Virus record (IMG/VR): IMGVR_UViG_3300001598_000043
Span: 15,687-79,686 of that record
DNA: 64,000 bases
DNA from: a virus
Taxonomy: Duplodnaviria; Caudoviricetes
Strand: one strand, 5' to 3'
Below are positions 9,337 to 17,758 of this stretch, piece by piece. The position numbers were made by a program, and so were the translations under genes. The notes under the pieces were generated by a model that was given only the letters and a program-made list of their open reading frames with translations, ran no database searches and was not told the origin of the DNA. How positions within the stretch are numbered: the first letter of the stretch is position 1; every line of letters starts with the position of its first letter.

Positions 9337-10173
9337 TTATCTGTCGTACTCTTCATTGAATGACTCTTCAAATATATAAGCATTTGAATCCTTTGTCAAA
9401 GAATCTGTACCTCTGATTGCAAAAATAACTTTGTTAAAAGCATTGGCTTCTTTAAGTACCTTTGCAAAACACTTTGCAACTATTCTTGGGTCCTGTCCAA
9501 ATGCACCACAACCCCAAGCACCTAATATAATTGTATCTACATTATGACTCTGTGCAGACACTAAAAACTTACGAATTCTATTCAGATATATTCTCTCTGC
9601 ACTTGCATCCTTAATACGTGTATTAGGAGCAGGACACGTAATTACATCTACCATCAGAGGTCTAATAATCTCATAATTGATATCATCTTTAAATACCAAT
9701 ACATTTGGTGAATAGATTATTGTATCTGTATAAATGTGGTCATTTGTATATGCTACGTCATAATCATTGATATCATAGTAATCTGGACAAGATATAAGTG
9801 ACTCATAAAGATTTGAACATCTACAAATATTCTCTTCTTGTGTAGTACCACCAACTTCTACTAATCCACCAGGTACAAGTGCATCTGCAAAATTCAACAT
9901 TGCAACTCTCTTACCCATATTACCAATCTTCTCTGAATAAGCAGTCTCTACTGTTCCGCCTGTAATGAATGATATAGACTGATTAAATCCATCAACGTCA
10001 TTTAATCTAACATCGTCATCATACTCAAGTACCTCAGAATCCTTTATTAATTTGTCAGTAGCTTTCTTGAATTTGTTCTGACTCAACTTTCGTGTGTCAT
10101 TAAAGATTGTAACTAAATTATTAAAGTTTGGATGTGTTTTAAACCAATTAGATGTGTAAAATGTCATAAGCAA
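9337..10173 (-). CDS. TIGR02452-family bacterial-type poly(ADP-ribose) glycohydrolase (macrodomain)
   Basis: LNFADALVPGG...GGTTQEENICRCSNLY, DVITCPAPN, LGAWGCGAFG. Confidence 0.85.
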   Translation of the reverse strand: MLMTFYTSNWFKTHPNFNNLVTIFNDTRKLSQNKFKKATDKLIKDSEVLEYDDDVRLNDVDGFNQSISFITGGTVETAYSEKIGNMGKRVAMLNFADALVPGGLVEVGGTTQEENICRCSNLYESLISCPDYYDINDYDVAYTNDHIYTDTIIYSPNVLVFKDDINYEIIRPLMVDVITCPAPNTRIKDASAERIYLNRIRKFLVSAQSHNVDTIILGAWGCGAFGQDPRIVAKCFAKVLKEANAFNKVIFAIRGTDSLTKDSNAYIFEESFNEEYDR

Positions 10174-10258
10174 CTACCTCCGTTTTTCAACTGTTTTAAC
10201 TCTCTTACTTGATTGTGTTTATTATAGTGTGTTATCGCATCACACATATAAGGAAGAC

Positions 10259-10537
10259 TTATCGAATGTCGAATCTTACATAAGTAGAAGACTTGAGATA
10301 TTTGTTGTATGTCTCTGGTTCTTCCTCTTTAAGTTTTTTAGAATCAAGTGCCTGTCTCTCAACTGGTACATAATGTAATCTAAAATCACCTGTATCAATA
10401 CAATCAACTTTTCTCTCATCTAATTCAGATTTGAGTGAATCCTTAATCTCATCCTTAAGGGCTTCTAACTCTTTAATCTTTGCTTCGAGTTCTTTAATTT
10501 CCATTACTTTGTGATTAATCATTGTGTTTGTCATCAT
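10259..10537 (-). CDS. Hypothetical protein
   Basis: Own promoter and SD; LDSKKLKEEEPETYNKYLK motif common in phage small proteins. Confidence 0.65.
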   Translation of the reverse strand: MMTNTMINHKVMEIKELEAKIKELEALKDEIKDSLKSELDERKVDCIDTGDFRLHYVPVERQALDSKKLKEEEPETYNKYLKSSTYVRFDIR

Positions 10538-10593
10538 ATTGACTTCCTCCGTTTTTCAAGTGTTTTAAGTTGTCTATGTCTTTCGACATTATC

Positions 10594-10622
10594 ATTATAA
10601 CATTATATTAAATGTTTGTCAA
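10594..10622 (-). promoter_or_regulatory. sigmaA-type promoter
   Basis: TTGACA-N17-TATAAT perfect consensus. Confidence 0.85.
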
Positions 10623-11107
10623 CTGTACTGAATTTCTGCAATATGGGATATTTTGTTAACAAAGTCATTCATATCATAATCAAACATAACTCTCTTCTTT
10701 TTACCTTTGATTTCCACCCAATCTAAATCACTCATAGTACGTATGTTAACACTTTTTAATCCTTGTTCTTTATAAGTCTGTAAACGGTCTATTGGTATGA
10801 ATATGGTTTTATCGTGGTCAATAAACCACACAAGAATACCCGCACAGACACCTTTTATCTTACTCATTTCTAACAACCCATCCCACTGACGTTCTGTTAT
10901 GCAAGAAAATGGCAATGTGTTTCCGTAGTGGCATTTACACTCAATAAAAAACTGAACTGGATAATGGTAAACTATAAAATCACATATGTTGGCAACACCA
11001 GCATACCCACCCATACTGTCTTGCAATCTATATACGGATGTGTCTGGCACTTTTTCAAAATCACCTCTTACTTGAGTTTCAAACTTCTTACCACGATTCT
11101 CACTCAA
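10619..11107 (-). CDS. recU: RecU-like Holliday junction resolvase
   Basis: NRGKKFE, CDFI, FFIECK, LPFSCITERQW. Confidence 0.75.
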   Translation of the reverse strand: MSENRGKKFETQVRGDFEKVPDTSVYRLQDSMGGYAGVANICDFIVYHYPVQFFIECKCHYGNTLPFSCITERQWDGLLEMSKIKGVCAGILVWFIDHDKTIFIPIDRLQTYKEQGLKSVNIRTMSDLDWVEIKGKKKRVMFDYDMNDFVNKISHIAEIQYS

Positions 11108-11282
11108 TGTCTATTACCTCTTTAATCTTATCAACACACTCATCACATAAGTCTATATTATTTAGTACTGTATTATCTGCAAAACCTCTACTGTCTTTAA
11201 CACTATATATCTTTAATCTTCTTACTTTGTTAATATCATTTACTACATTCTTGCATCTATTACACTGAATTACTACTGCCAT
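11100..11282 (-). CDS. Small zinc-finger-like hypothetical protein
   Basis: CNRC ... LCDEC. Confidence 0.55.
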   Translation of the reverse strand: MAVVIQCNRCKNVVNDINKVRRLKIYSVKDSRGFADNTVLNNIDLCDECVDKIKEVIDIE

Positions 11283-11283
11283 A

Positions 11284-12165
11284 TTAGTTTCTCCTTAAAT
11301 TACAACAATCACCAGAATTAGGGTTAAAATTATTCTTCCAATATTCATATGCCAATGATTCATCTTCACATACTGATATCACAGGAATAGTTATTTTTGA
11401 TATAATCTCTTTCTTTACATCAAGTGGTAGATGTCTATAATTAGATTGTTTCAATGTATGTTTACTATAATCCACATCAGTAAACCATTTCTGAATCCAA
11501 CTATTAACTCTTAAAAATTCTACCTGAGCTTTTCTTATTCCAAGACTATTTAACTTATCAAAATCCATATATTCAGGAATAAGTGGAGATAATCTTATTG
11601 CAACATCATATCCTAAATTTTGAAGTTTCAATATTGCATTAACTCGTTCACTTGGGATAGACGCTTTTTCGTATCCTTTTGATAAATACATCTCATCATC
11701 TAATGTTGTTACTGTAATCTGAATATGAGCCAAATCCTTATCTAACACCTCTATATATTCATCTTCTGCAATAATAGCTGATTTAGTTACTATAAGATAC
11801 TCGATGCCACACTCATTTAGACATTTTAAAGTCTCATAGGTTACTTTATGTGTCTTCTCACAAGGTTGAAAACAATCGGTCATTCCACCCAGTCTAATGA
11901 CTGTTCCTTTTGGTAACTTACGTATTTTCTTTCTTATCTTTTCAATATCTGCAACTGATGGACTCTCTGGATTCCATAAGTTTCTGAAATCTAATAACGA
12001 CTTTGCATAGCAATAACTACAGTCGTGAGAACATCCACATCCATATGTATCAAGTCTTGTATTGTACTGACATTTACCACCCTCATTACCATCAACTGTT
12101 TTGAAAAAACTTTTAAATTCTTTTGTCATCATTCTAATACCAACTCCTCTTCCATAGGCCACCAT
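11284..12165 (-). CDS. Radical SAM protein, SplB/spore-photoproduct-lyase-like
   Basis: CSHDCSYC (CxxxCxxC), IRLGGMTDCFQP, LIVTKS, VAIRLSPLIP; likely start about 12132. Confidence 0.7.
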   Translation of the reverse strand: MVAYGRGVGIRMMTKEFKSFFKTVDGNEGGKCQYNTRLDTYGCGCSHDCSYCYAKSLLDFRNLWNPESPSVADIEKIRKKIRKLPKGTVIRLGGMTDCFQPCEKTHKVTYETLKCLNECGIEYLIVTKSAIIAEDEYIEVLDKDLAHIQITVTTLDDEMYLSKGYEKASIPSERVNAILKLQNLGYDVAIRLSPLIPEYMDFDKLNSLGIRKAQVEFLRVNSWIQKWFTDVDYSKHTLKQSNYRHLPLDVKKEIISKITIPVISVCEDESLAYEYWKNNFNPNSGDCCNLRRN

Positions 12166-12413
12166 CTATCAGGCTTATTTGTAATTTCATCCCATCGTTT
12201 CTCATCATATTGAAATGCCCAATCAGCACCAAATCTTTCAAACATCTTCTCACGTGCCTCAAAGTATGTTCCAAAAAACTTTACATACTTTCCAGCAAAT
12301 TGTTGTCCAACACCAAATGTAAAATAATACCAACATTTTGATTCATTTACATCACTCATTATTACACCTCTTTCTATAACTACAATATTGACAAGTTGAT
12401 TTTGGTAAATCAT
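12129..12413 (-). CDS. Hypothetical protein
   Basis: WYYFTFGVGQ...KMFERFGADWAFQY; likely start MSDVN about 12359. Confidence 0.6.
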   Translation of the reverse strand: MIYQNQLVNIVVIERGVIMSDVNESKCWYYFTFGVGQQFAGKYVKFFGTYFEAREKMFERFGADWAFQYDEKRWDEITNKPDRWWPMEEELVLE

Positions 12414-13146
12414 CAGCAGATGGTTTAGGTGGTACGTTATTTAATTTAACAAAATTATCACATTCTTCTATTCTGCCAACAAGTGTCTGTTTCATATCGT
12501 CAGTAACATTAAACATAAAAGATTTCATTCCCAATGTATCTCTGTTTATATAAACAAATAAAACTTCGTCTATGCCAAATGCAATAGAGTATGAGATACC
12601 TTGATTGTGATGTTTAGGGTCTACATCATTTCTGCCTTGCCATTTATATACACTCTCGGTCTTTAACTCAAGTATATAGTAATGTCCTTTATATCTAATA
12701 ATACCATCGCACAAGAATGACATATTTAATGTCTTGTGGTATAACTTTGTCTCCATTCCATTTTTAGATACAATATCCAAATAATCTAAATTTCTTGATG
12801 TTACAAAATCTGCCACATTAATATACTCACAATCAATTCCGTTTGAAATCATATTAGCAACTGATTTCTGTATTCTTTCATGAATATCTGTTCCACTATT
12901 ACAAATACCTACTAATGCATATGATGTTTCTGATTCGTCTTGCTCTGCACCTGTCACTTGATAATACATATTCCTAATACAATTCATTGATGACGGTTTA
13001 TATGTCTGACTTGGCTGACGTGCATTTAACTTATCTGTAATCTCTATACTACGAATTAAATCAGATAAAAATTCTTTCTCTGGTGGTAATGATTGTGTGG
13101 ATGATTGTATTAACCTACATACGTTCTTTAATGATGACCTTGCCAT
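12352..13146 (-). CDS. Solo Cas4-like PD-(D/E)XK exonuclease with Fe-S cysteines
   Basis: PSSMNCIRNMYY, GTDIHE, CDGII...ELKT, CQYCSYRKRC. Confidence 0.75.
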   Translation of the reverse strand: MARSSLKNVCRLIQSSTQSLPPEKEFLSDLIRSIEITDKLNARQPSQTYKPSSMNCIRNMYYQVTGAEQDESETSYALVGICNSGTDIHERIQKSVANMISNGIDCEYINVADFVTSRNLDYLDIVSKNGMETKLYHKTLNMSFLCDGIIRYKGHYYILELKTESVYKWQGRNDVDPKHHNQGISYSIAFGIDEVLFVYINRDTLGMKSFMFNVTDDMKQTLVGRIEECDNFVKLNNVPPKPSADDLPKSTCQYCSYRKRCNNE

Positions 13147-13572
13147 TTAAACTGTCTCCTTACTTGTAATCTTATTAATTAAATCCTCATATAAAGATTT
13201 ATATGATACCATATCAGTATTCTCTATTCCCAAGTTTCTCCTAATCTCATTATCAATGATTCCCATTACATCCATGTTAACCATTCCTATCTTCTTTCCA
13301 AGTCGAGCTCTTGCGGCATATGTAACCAATCCACAATGCACATATTTAATACTTCCCATTAAATCTATTGGAATTACATCAAATCCAGACTTACTATCCC
13401 CTAACATCAATATACTTATTAATTTATCCATACTACGTATATTTGAAGATATCACAAGTACATAATTTTTAACAGTTCCATCTGTCTCAATAAATTCATA
13501 AATACAACCCCTATCAGCTGGTATAATACATTTCTTATTTACATCGTTCATCTTTATTCTCCTCTTCTTCAT
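13147..13572 (-). CDS. PemK/MazF-like fold protein
   Basis: RGCIY...YVLVISSN, VHCGLVTYAARARLGKKIG...IDNEIRRNLG resembles the PemK pattern; likely start MNDVN. Confidence 0.5.
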   Translation of the reverse strand: MKKRRIKMNDVNKKCIIPADRGCIYEFIETDGTVKNYVLVISSNIRSMDKLISILMLGDSKSGFDVIPIDLMGSIKYVHCGLVTYAARARLGKKIGMVNMDVMGIIDNEIRRNLGIENTDMVSYKSLYEDLINKITSKETV

Positions 13573-13668
13573 TATAAATTTTAATTCCTAATAAAATCAT
13601 TGATATGATACTCCATATGAGCATCCCTATAAGTAAAACTACAGTAAATTCTCTGTCCATTTATTATT

Positions 13669-13998
13669 CTAAACTCCCAATCTACTAAATGCATCAGCTA
13701 TATTTTCAGCCACATTATGAAGTGTTTCTTTTACTTTTTCACTTGTCAAGTACATTCTTGCATATTCAGGATTTTCTAATCCAATCCTTAACCCATTTTC
13801 AAAAGCCTCATCAATACGCTTCTTATATTCACTCTTCTTAATCTTCATATCTATCCTTTCTCCTACAATGTGTTTTACAGGCATATATTGATTTAGGATT
13901 CCAATCCTCACACTTATCATATCTATCAACACATTTCCATGTTCCGTTTTTATTTTTATGTGCTTTGTTAGGATATTCTGCATAACAAGAACAATCAT
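13669..13998 (-). CDS. Hypothetical protein
   Basis: Likely true start at MKIKKSEY. Confidence 0.5.
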   Translation of the reverse strand: MIVLVMQNILTKHIKIKTEHGNVLIDMISVRIGILNQYMPVKHIVGERIDMKIKKSEYKKRIDEAFENGLRIGLENPEYARMYLTSEKVKETLHNVAENIADAFSRLGV

Positions 13999-14007
13999 AT
14001 TTTCTCA

Positions 14008-14208
14008 TTAACGTACCTCTATTCTGAATGTATCTGTTCCTTTTTTGGTTGTTTCAGCAAACACAACTGTTCCATCATTGAAAGTAGTTGCATAACAATA
14101 GCAACGACATTCACCACTTATTCTGCCTAAATCAACAACTGTTTTTACATAATGCAAAGCATCGGCAGTTGGGATGTCATCAGCATAATTAATTATCAGT
14201 CTTCTCAT
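14008..14208 (-). CDS. Hypothetical protein
   Basis: ATGA-coupled, GGAGCAG junction. Confidence 0.6.
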   Translation of the reverse strand: MRRLIINYADDIPTADALHYVKTVVDLGRISGECRCYCYATTFNDGTVVFAETTKKGTDTFRIEVR

Positions 14209-14549
14209 CTCTGCTCCCTTAGATTTTCTAATTGTTCAATCACGGCATTAATAACACCTATATCCCACATTATCCAACGATTTTTAATTGATTGTATGCA
14301 CTCATCAATAGCATCTGCTCTTACTTTGGCATCGTGTTCACTTGTGTCAATATCAAAAGTTACATTGTATTCTTTACGAATAATATACTTATTTAAATCA
14401 TCAGTTTCATTCCACTCTTCACAACTCTTGTTTATAATTGGATTAATATTTTTAGATAAAAGCAAACTTCCAATTACCATTGTAAATGCTTGTGCTAATT
14501 GATTATTTTCTTGTTTTAGAATATCATCTGCAATTCTATTTATGTCCAT
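14205..14549 (-). CDS. Small protein with RADAIDE module
   Basis: KVRADAIDE motif; C-terminus EQLENLREQR. Confidence 0.65.
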   Translation of the reverse strand: MDINRIADDILKQENNQLAQAFTMVIGSLLLSKNINPIINKSCEEWNETDDLNKYIIRKEYNVTFDIDTSEHDAKVRADAIDECIQSIKNRWIMWDIGVINAVIEQLENLREQR

Positions 14550-14824
14550 TAATCTACCTCTTTCATAAATTGTACTGATTCAATTATAAAATCTTCTATA
14601 TTGCCACCTACACCATTATCTAACTCACAAAGAATACTATCTGCAAATCTTTCAATTGCATCCAATTTGATATGCTTCTCATATTCTTCAAGCATTTTTT
14701 CTGCACATTTAAGACAGCATTCACCTGTGTTTCCTTCTTCTTCGGGTTTATCACAACTATATTCAGGACAGCTCCAATTATTTTCATTGTCAAATATTGC
14801 TTGAATAATATTTTCTCTGGTCAT
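14549..14824 (-). CDS. Small Cys-rich protein with KLDAIERFA module
   Basis: CPEYSC...CCLKC; KLDAIERFAD. Confidence 0.6.
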   Translation of the reverse strand: MTRENIIQAIFDNENNWSCPEYSCDKPEEEGNTGECCLKCAEKMLEEYEKHIKLDAIERFADSILCELDNGVGGNIEDFIIESVQFMKEVD

Positions 14825-14994
14825 TTTCCATATCTCACTTTCTCTTTTTCTAATTCAAGTTGCTTTATAGCAAGTTCATAGTCTTTATTTTTCTCTTCTT
14901 CCAAATGATTATAATGTTGCTGTTGTAATGTAGGAATTATCACTATCAATGCAACTAAAATAATTGTTATACATATAATTAACGCTATTTTCAT
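14821..14994 (-). CDS. Small membrane-anchored protein (below ORF-track cutoff)
   Basis: MKIALIICITIILVALIVII... manual translation, ATGA overlaps on both sides. Confidence 0.55.
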   Translation of the reverse strand: MKIALIICITIILVALIVIIPTLQQQHYNHLEEEKNKDYELAIKQLELEKEKVRYGK

Positions 14995-15185
14995 TTTCCA
15001 TCATCTCCTATATAAACTGAACTTCTTAATTGGTTTATTTCCTCTTGCATACTGTTTAATTGTCTAATAAAAAATAAAATTGTTTTATCTTGTTTATCAA
15101 GTCTTTTATATATATTTACTCCAACTACCAACAAATAACCCATATAAATAACTAATAAACCTATACTAACTATTATCTCAACCAT
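14991..15185 (-). CDS. Small membrane protein
   Basis: Hydrophobic N-terminus MVEIIVSIGLLVIYMGYLLVVGV. Confidence 0.6.
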   Translation of the reverse strand: MVEIIVSIGLLVIYMGYLLVVGVNIYKRLDKQDKTILFFIRQLNSMQEEINQLRSSVYIGDDGK

Positions 15186-15426
15186 TGTTCTGCTCCTTTA
15201 ACTGTTCTGCGATGTAATTCTCAATGACTCCAATTGTATATGCTTGTTGGCATACATCTTGGGAATACAATCTATAATCACATTCATCGCACTTTAATTC
15301 CTCGCATCCTAACAAAATCATTTTGTCAATTTTATCTAATTCATCTGCTCTGCCTTGCTTTATTCCGTCATACTTTCCTAACAAATAAGCATCTGTCAAG
15401 CCTTCCTCTTTTATTTGATTATTCAT
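15178..15426 (-). CDS. Small protein with GRADE and AEQLKEQNNG modules
   Basis: Shared motifs with 16308-16640. Confidence 0.65.
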   Translation of the reverse strand: MNNQIKEEGLTDAYLLGKYDGIKQGRADELDKIDKMILLGCEELKCDECDYRLYSQDVCQQAYTIGVIENYIAEQLKEQNNG

Positions 15427-15644
15427 TTGTTCTGCTCCTTTAACTTGTCATATAAACCAAAACTTCCAATACTCTTAACAAGACTTAATGGAAAACAAAT
15501 GTCACTTTCTTCCGTTGGTCTTAATAATACATATTTGTCGCTATGGTATTTATCATATTCAAGAGTACCTTTTGCTATTTCCCCATCTTTAAATGTTAAA
15601 GTAACTTCTTTATGTATGAACATATCAAGTGTTTCTCTCCTCAT
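15423..15644 (-). CDS. Hypothetical protein
   Basis: Coupled ORF ending KLKEQNK. Confidence 0.6.
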   Translation of the reverse strand: MRRETLDMFIHKEVTLTFKDGEIAKGTLEYDKYHSDKYVLLRPTEESDICFPLSLVKSIGSFGLYDKLKEQNK

Positions 15645-15796
15645 TTCTGCTCCTCTTCAATTTCCATCTCGCCACTAACAACATCAGAATCCATTTCTAT
15701 GTGATGTAATATTGTTTCAACTGCTCTAGCTAATGCATAAGGAATGTTATAGAACTCAACCTTGCGATTCTTAAATTCGATTGTGACTTTGTTCAT
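15641..15796 (-). CDS. Hypothetical protein
   Basis: Start MNKVTIEFK after AAAGGAGCAACA. Confidence 0.55.
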   Translation of the reverse strand: MNKVTIEFKNRKVEFYNIPYALARAVETILHHIEMDSDVVSGEMEIEEEQK

Positions 15797-16065
15797 TGTT
15801 GCTCCTTTACAAATTCCTTTGGTAATGGCATCCAAGCCAATACATCATCTTCATCTTCATAATTTTCAAAATAACATCCCATATCTGTGTAAAAAGTAGT
15901 TAATGCTATTCCATAATGAAGTTGAATTAAAACTTCTTGTCCGTGGTCTGGTAGTTCACAATCATAAATAAACTCATACCATTCAGCTTCGTCTGCATAT
16001 TCTTCTTTTTCTTCTTCGGTAAGTGGTCTTGTTTTGATTTCTATCCATTCTCCAAATTTATCCAT
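15793..16065 (-). CDS. DUF551-like small protein
   Basis: EWI...ELPDHGQEVLI...VLAWMPLP. Confidence 0.65.
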   Translation of the reverse strand: MDKFGEWIEIKTRPLTEEEKEEYADEAEWYEFIYDCELPDHGQEVLIQLHYGIALTTFYTDMGCYFENYEDEDDVLAWMPLPKEFVKEQQ

Positions 16066-16315
16066 TATTCTGCTCCTTTAGTTCATAACCACTATGCATA
16101 AGTTGGTCATTGAGATAATATGTTCTTCCTTTACACCATTGCTCATAATAACTTTGATGTAATATAAAATATTCTTTTCCGTTGCTTTCGATTTTAAATT
16201 GGCATTGTCCTAATCTTTTTATGCTTTGAATTGGATTGTTCTTTACAAAATCTCTACATATCATTTGAGTGTTTCTTAAATTAATACCTACGATAATGTA
16301 TGGATAATCAACCAT
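16058..16315 (-). CDS. Hypothetical protein
   Basis: Ends ELKEQNNG at junction repeat. Confidence 0.6.
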   Translation of the reverse strand: MVDYPYIIVGINLRNTQMICRDFVKNNPIQSIKRLGQCQFKIESNGKEYFILHQSYYEQWCKGRTYYLNDQLMHSGYELKEQNNG

Positions 16316-16640
16316 TGTCCTGCTCCTTTAACTGTTCTGCCAATGCCAATATATCAAGGCATATCGAGCCATTATGCACTTTTACATCAATATCATTTGG
16401 CATTATATCCATTATCTTCTCGGCAAATTCATCAATCGCATCTGCTCTTATCTCTGCCACTTGCTTTTCGGTCAGCAACATATACTCTGATACAATTTCT
16501 TGATATTTATCTACTCTGCCTTTGGAATATCCAAAAGATAATTGGCAAGAAAAGTCACCACAATATTTACATAAACTGCAATCTTCTTGTTCATCACACA
16601 GTTTCGTGAACTCTTCATATAATAATTCATCAATTTTCAT
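16308..16640 (-). CDS. Small Cys-rich protein with RADAIDEFA and AEQLKE modules
   Basis: CSLCKYC; EIRADAIDEFAE; LAEQLKEQDNG. Confidence 0.65.
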   Translation of the reverse strand: MKIDELLYEEFTKLCDEQEDCSLCKYCGDFSCQLSFGYSKGRVDKYQEIVSEYMLLTEKQVAEIRADAIDEFAEKIMDIMPNDIDVKVHNGSICLDILALAEQLKEQDNG

Positions 16641-16780
16641 TGTTCTTCTCCTTTAACTGTTCTGCGTATTTCTTGGCATATACTTTTCCATAATCTGTTA
16701 TTTCTCCATCTGATATACACCTATTTCCCAATATGCCTTGTTCAACTAACCAATTAGCAAATTCATCAATCGCATCTGCT
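16423..16780. repeat. 24-bp exact direct repeat encoding ADAIDEFA
   Basis: GCAAATTCATCAATCGCATCTGCT at 16423-16446 and 16757-16780. Confidence 0.9.
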
Positions 16781-16947
16781 TTAACCTTTGCATTTTGATT
16801 TTCAATCTGTCTATTAGCAAGTCTTAATTCATCTTTGTTTAGCCACTTAATCCATTTGCCACAATCTCCACAATACAATCCAATATTGTTTCCACTTTGT
16901 TCTGTAAACACGTCTGTGCTACCACACTTACATTCAAATATTTTCAT
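16630..16947 (-). CDS. Zinc-finger protein with KADAIDEFA and AEQLKE modules
   Basis: CKCGS...YCGDCGKWIKW; start ATG 16947 after AGAGG. Confidence 0.65.
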   Translation of the reverse strand: MKIFECKCGSTDVFTEQSGNNIGLYCGDCGKWIKWLNKDELRLANRQIENQNAKVKADAIDEFANWLVEQGILGNRCISDGEITDYGKVYAKKYAEQLKEKNNEN

Positions 16948-17287
16948 TAGCAATCCTCTTGTATTTTTCATTTTCAGCATCTATATCATACATAGCATCT
17001 TCAATTACAAACTCAAGATTACTTTTGCTGGTATGTATTATATTAAATACCTCTTCATCAATTAATTTACGTTCCATAAATAACACTCTACCAAAATCAT
17101 CAAAGATAGCAAAATCCTTATAAAATTCACTGTTTAAACTGTAGGCAAATGGTTTATATAATTTGCCTACAGTGAATCCCAAATATCTTTTATTGCACAT
17201 AAATGATATGTTACTCGTATGATATGTAAGTCTGCCGAATCTACTTAGTATACTTCTCTTTCTCTGAACAAACATAATGCACCTCAA
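16934..17287 (-). CDS. Hypothetical protein
   Basis: Start uncertain. Confidence 0.4.
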   Translation of the reverse strand: MRCIMFVQRKRSILSRFGRLTYHTSNISFMCNKRYLGFTVGKLYKPFAYSLNSEFYKDFAIFDDFGRVLFMERKLIDEEVFNIIHTSKSNLEFVIEDAMYDIDAENEKYKRIANENI

Positions 17288-17414
17288 ATATCTCTGGTAA
17301 ATTCTCTACTGGTCTCACATTTCCTGCGTGTCTACAAATACCACTTAATACACAATCAATACAAGGTAAACTCTTCTGTACTTCTTCCATTACTTCATCT
17401 TTAAATACTGCCAT
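17241..17414 (-). CDS. Small Cys-containing hypothetical protein
   Basis: PCIDCVLSGICRH; SD GAGAGGAG. Confidence 0.55.
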   Translation of the reverse strand: MAVFKDEVMEEVQKSLPCIDCVLSGICRHAGNVRPVENLPEIFEVHYVCSEKEKYTK

Positions 17415-17436
17415 TTTAAATTCTCCTCTCAATCCT

Positions 17437-17601
17437 TTAATTGTTATTACTATTTGATGTCATACCGATAATTCTTGCTGGTAAAACTACTTCATAATTA
17501 CACTCATCACAACACTCTGCATCATTGTCTTTTACAACTGGCCAAGGGTCATTTCCCCATCCCTTAATTTCTTTTCCACAAATACAACACTTCTTCATCA
17601 T
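17437..17601 (-). CDS. Small zinc-finger protein (below cutoff)
   Basis: MMKKCCICGKEIKGWGNDPWP...ECCDECN manual translation. Confidence 0.6.
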   Translation of the reverse strand: MMKKCCICGKEIKGWGNDPWPVVKDNDAECCDECNYEVVLPARIIGMTSNSNNN

Positions 17602-17605
17602 AATT

Positions 17606-17758
17606 CTATACCTCACTAACGGATATTATTCTATATTCACAATCAATACCTAATCCATAAATCCTAATACACTCATTGACATCAGAGACGGTACATCTCT
17701 GCCGTCTCCATTCCCAATTTGACATATTATCACGATATTCAAACTCTACTGTTACCAT
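17606..17758 (-). CDS. Small hypothetical protein (below cutoff)
   Basis: MVTVEFEYRDNMSNWEWRRQRCTVSDVNECIRIYGLGIDCEY. Confidence 0.6.
   Translation of the reverse strand: MVTVEFEYRDNMSNWEWRRQRCTVSDVNECIRIYGLGIDCEYRIISVSEV

Larger units (their letters stand above)
15181..16665 (-). repeat. Conserved gene-junction repeat GCAGAACAGTTAAAGGAGCAGAACAATG
   Basis: 15181-15210 and 16311-16340 match at 29/30; third copy 16638-16665; partial copies at 15423-15445, 15641-15655, 15791-15809, 16062-16084 and 14205-14220. Confidence 0.9.

Noticed and set aside
15181-16665. CRISPR array (with Cas4-like gene nearby)
   Set aside because: Repeats are coding gene junctions separated by hundreds of bases; no cas1/cas2
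17685-17708. GAGACGG/CCGTCTC hairpin as tRNA or terminator
   Set aside because: It lies inside a credible small ORF (17606-17758), with no cloverleaf and no U tract
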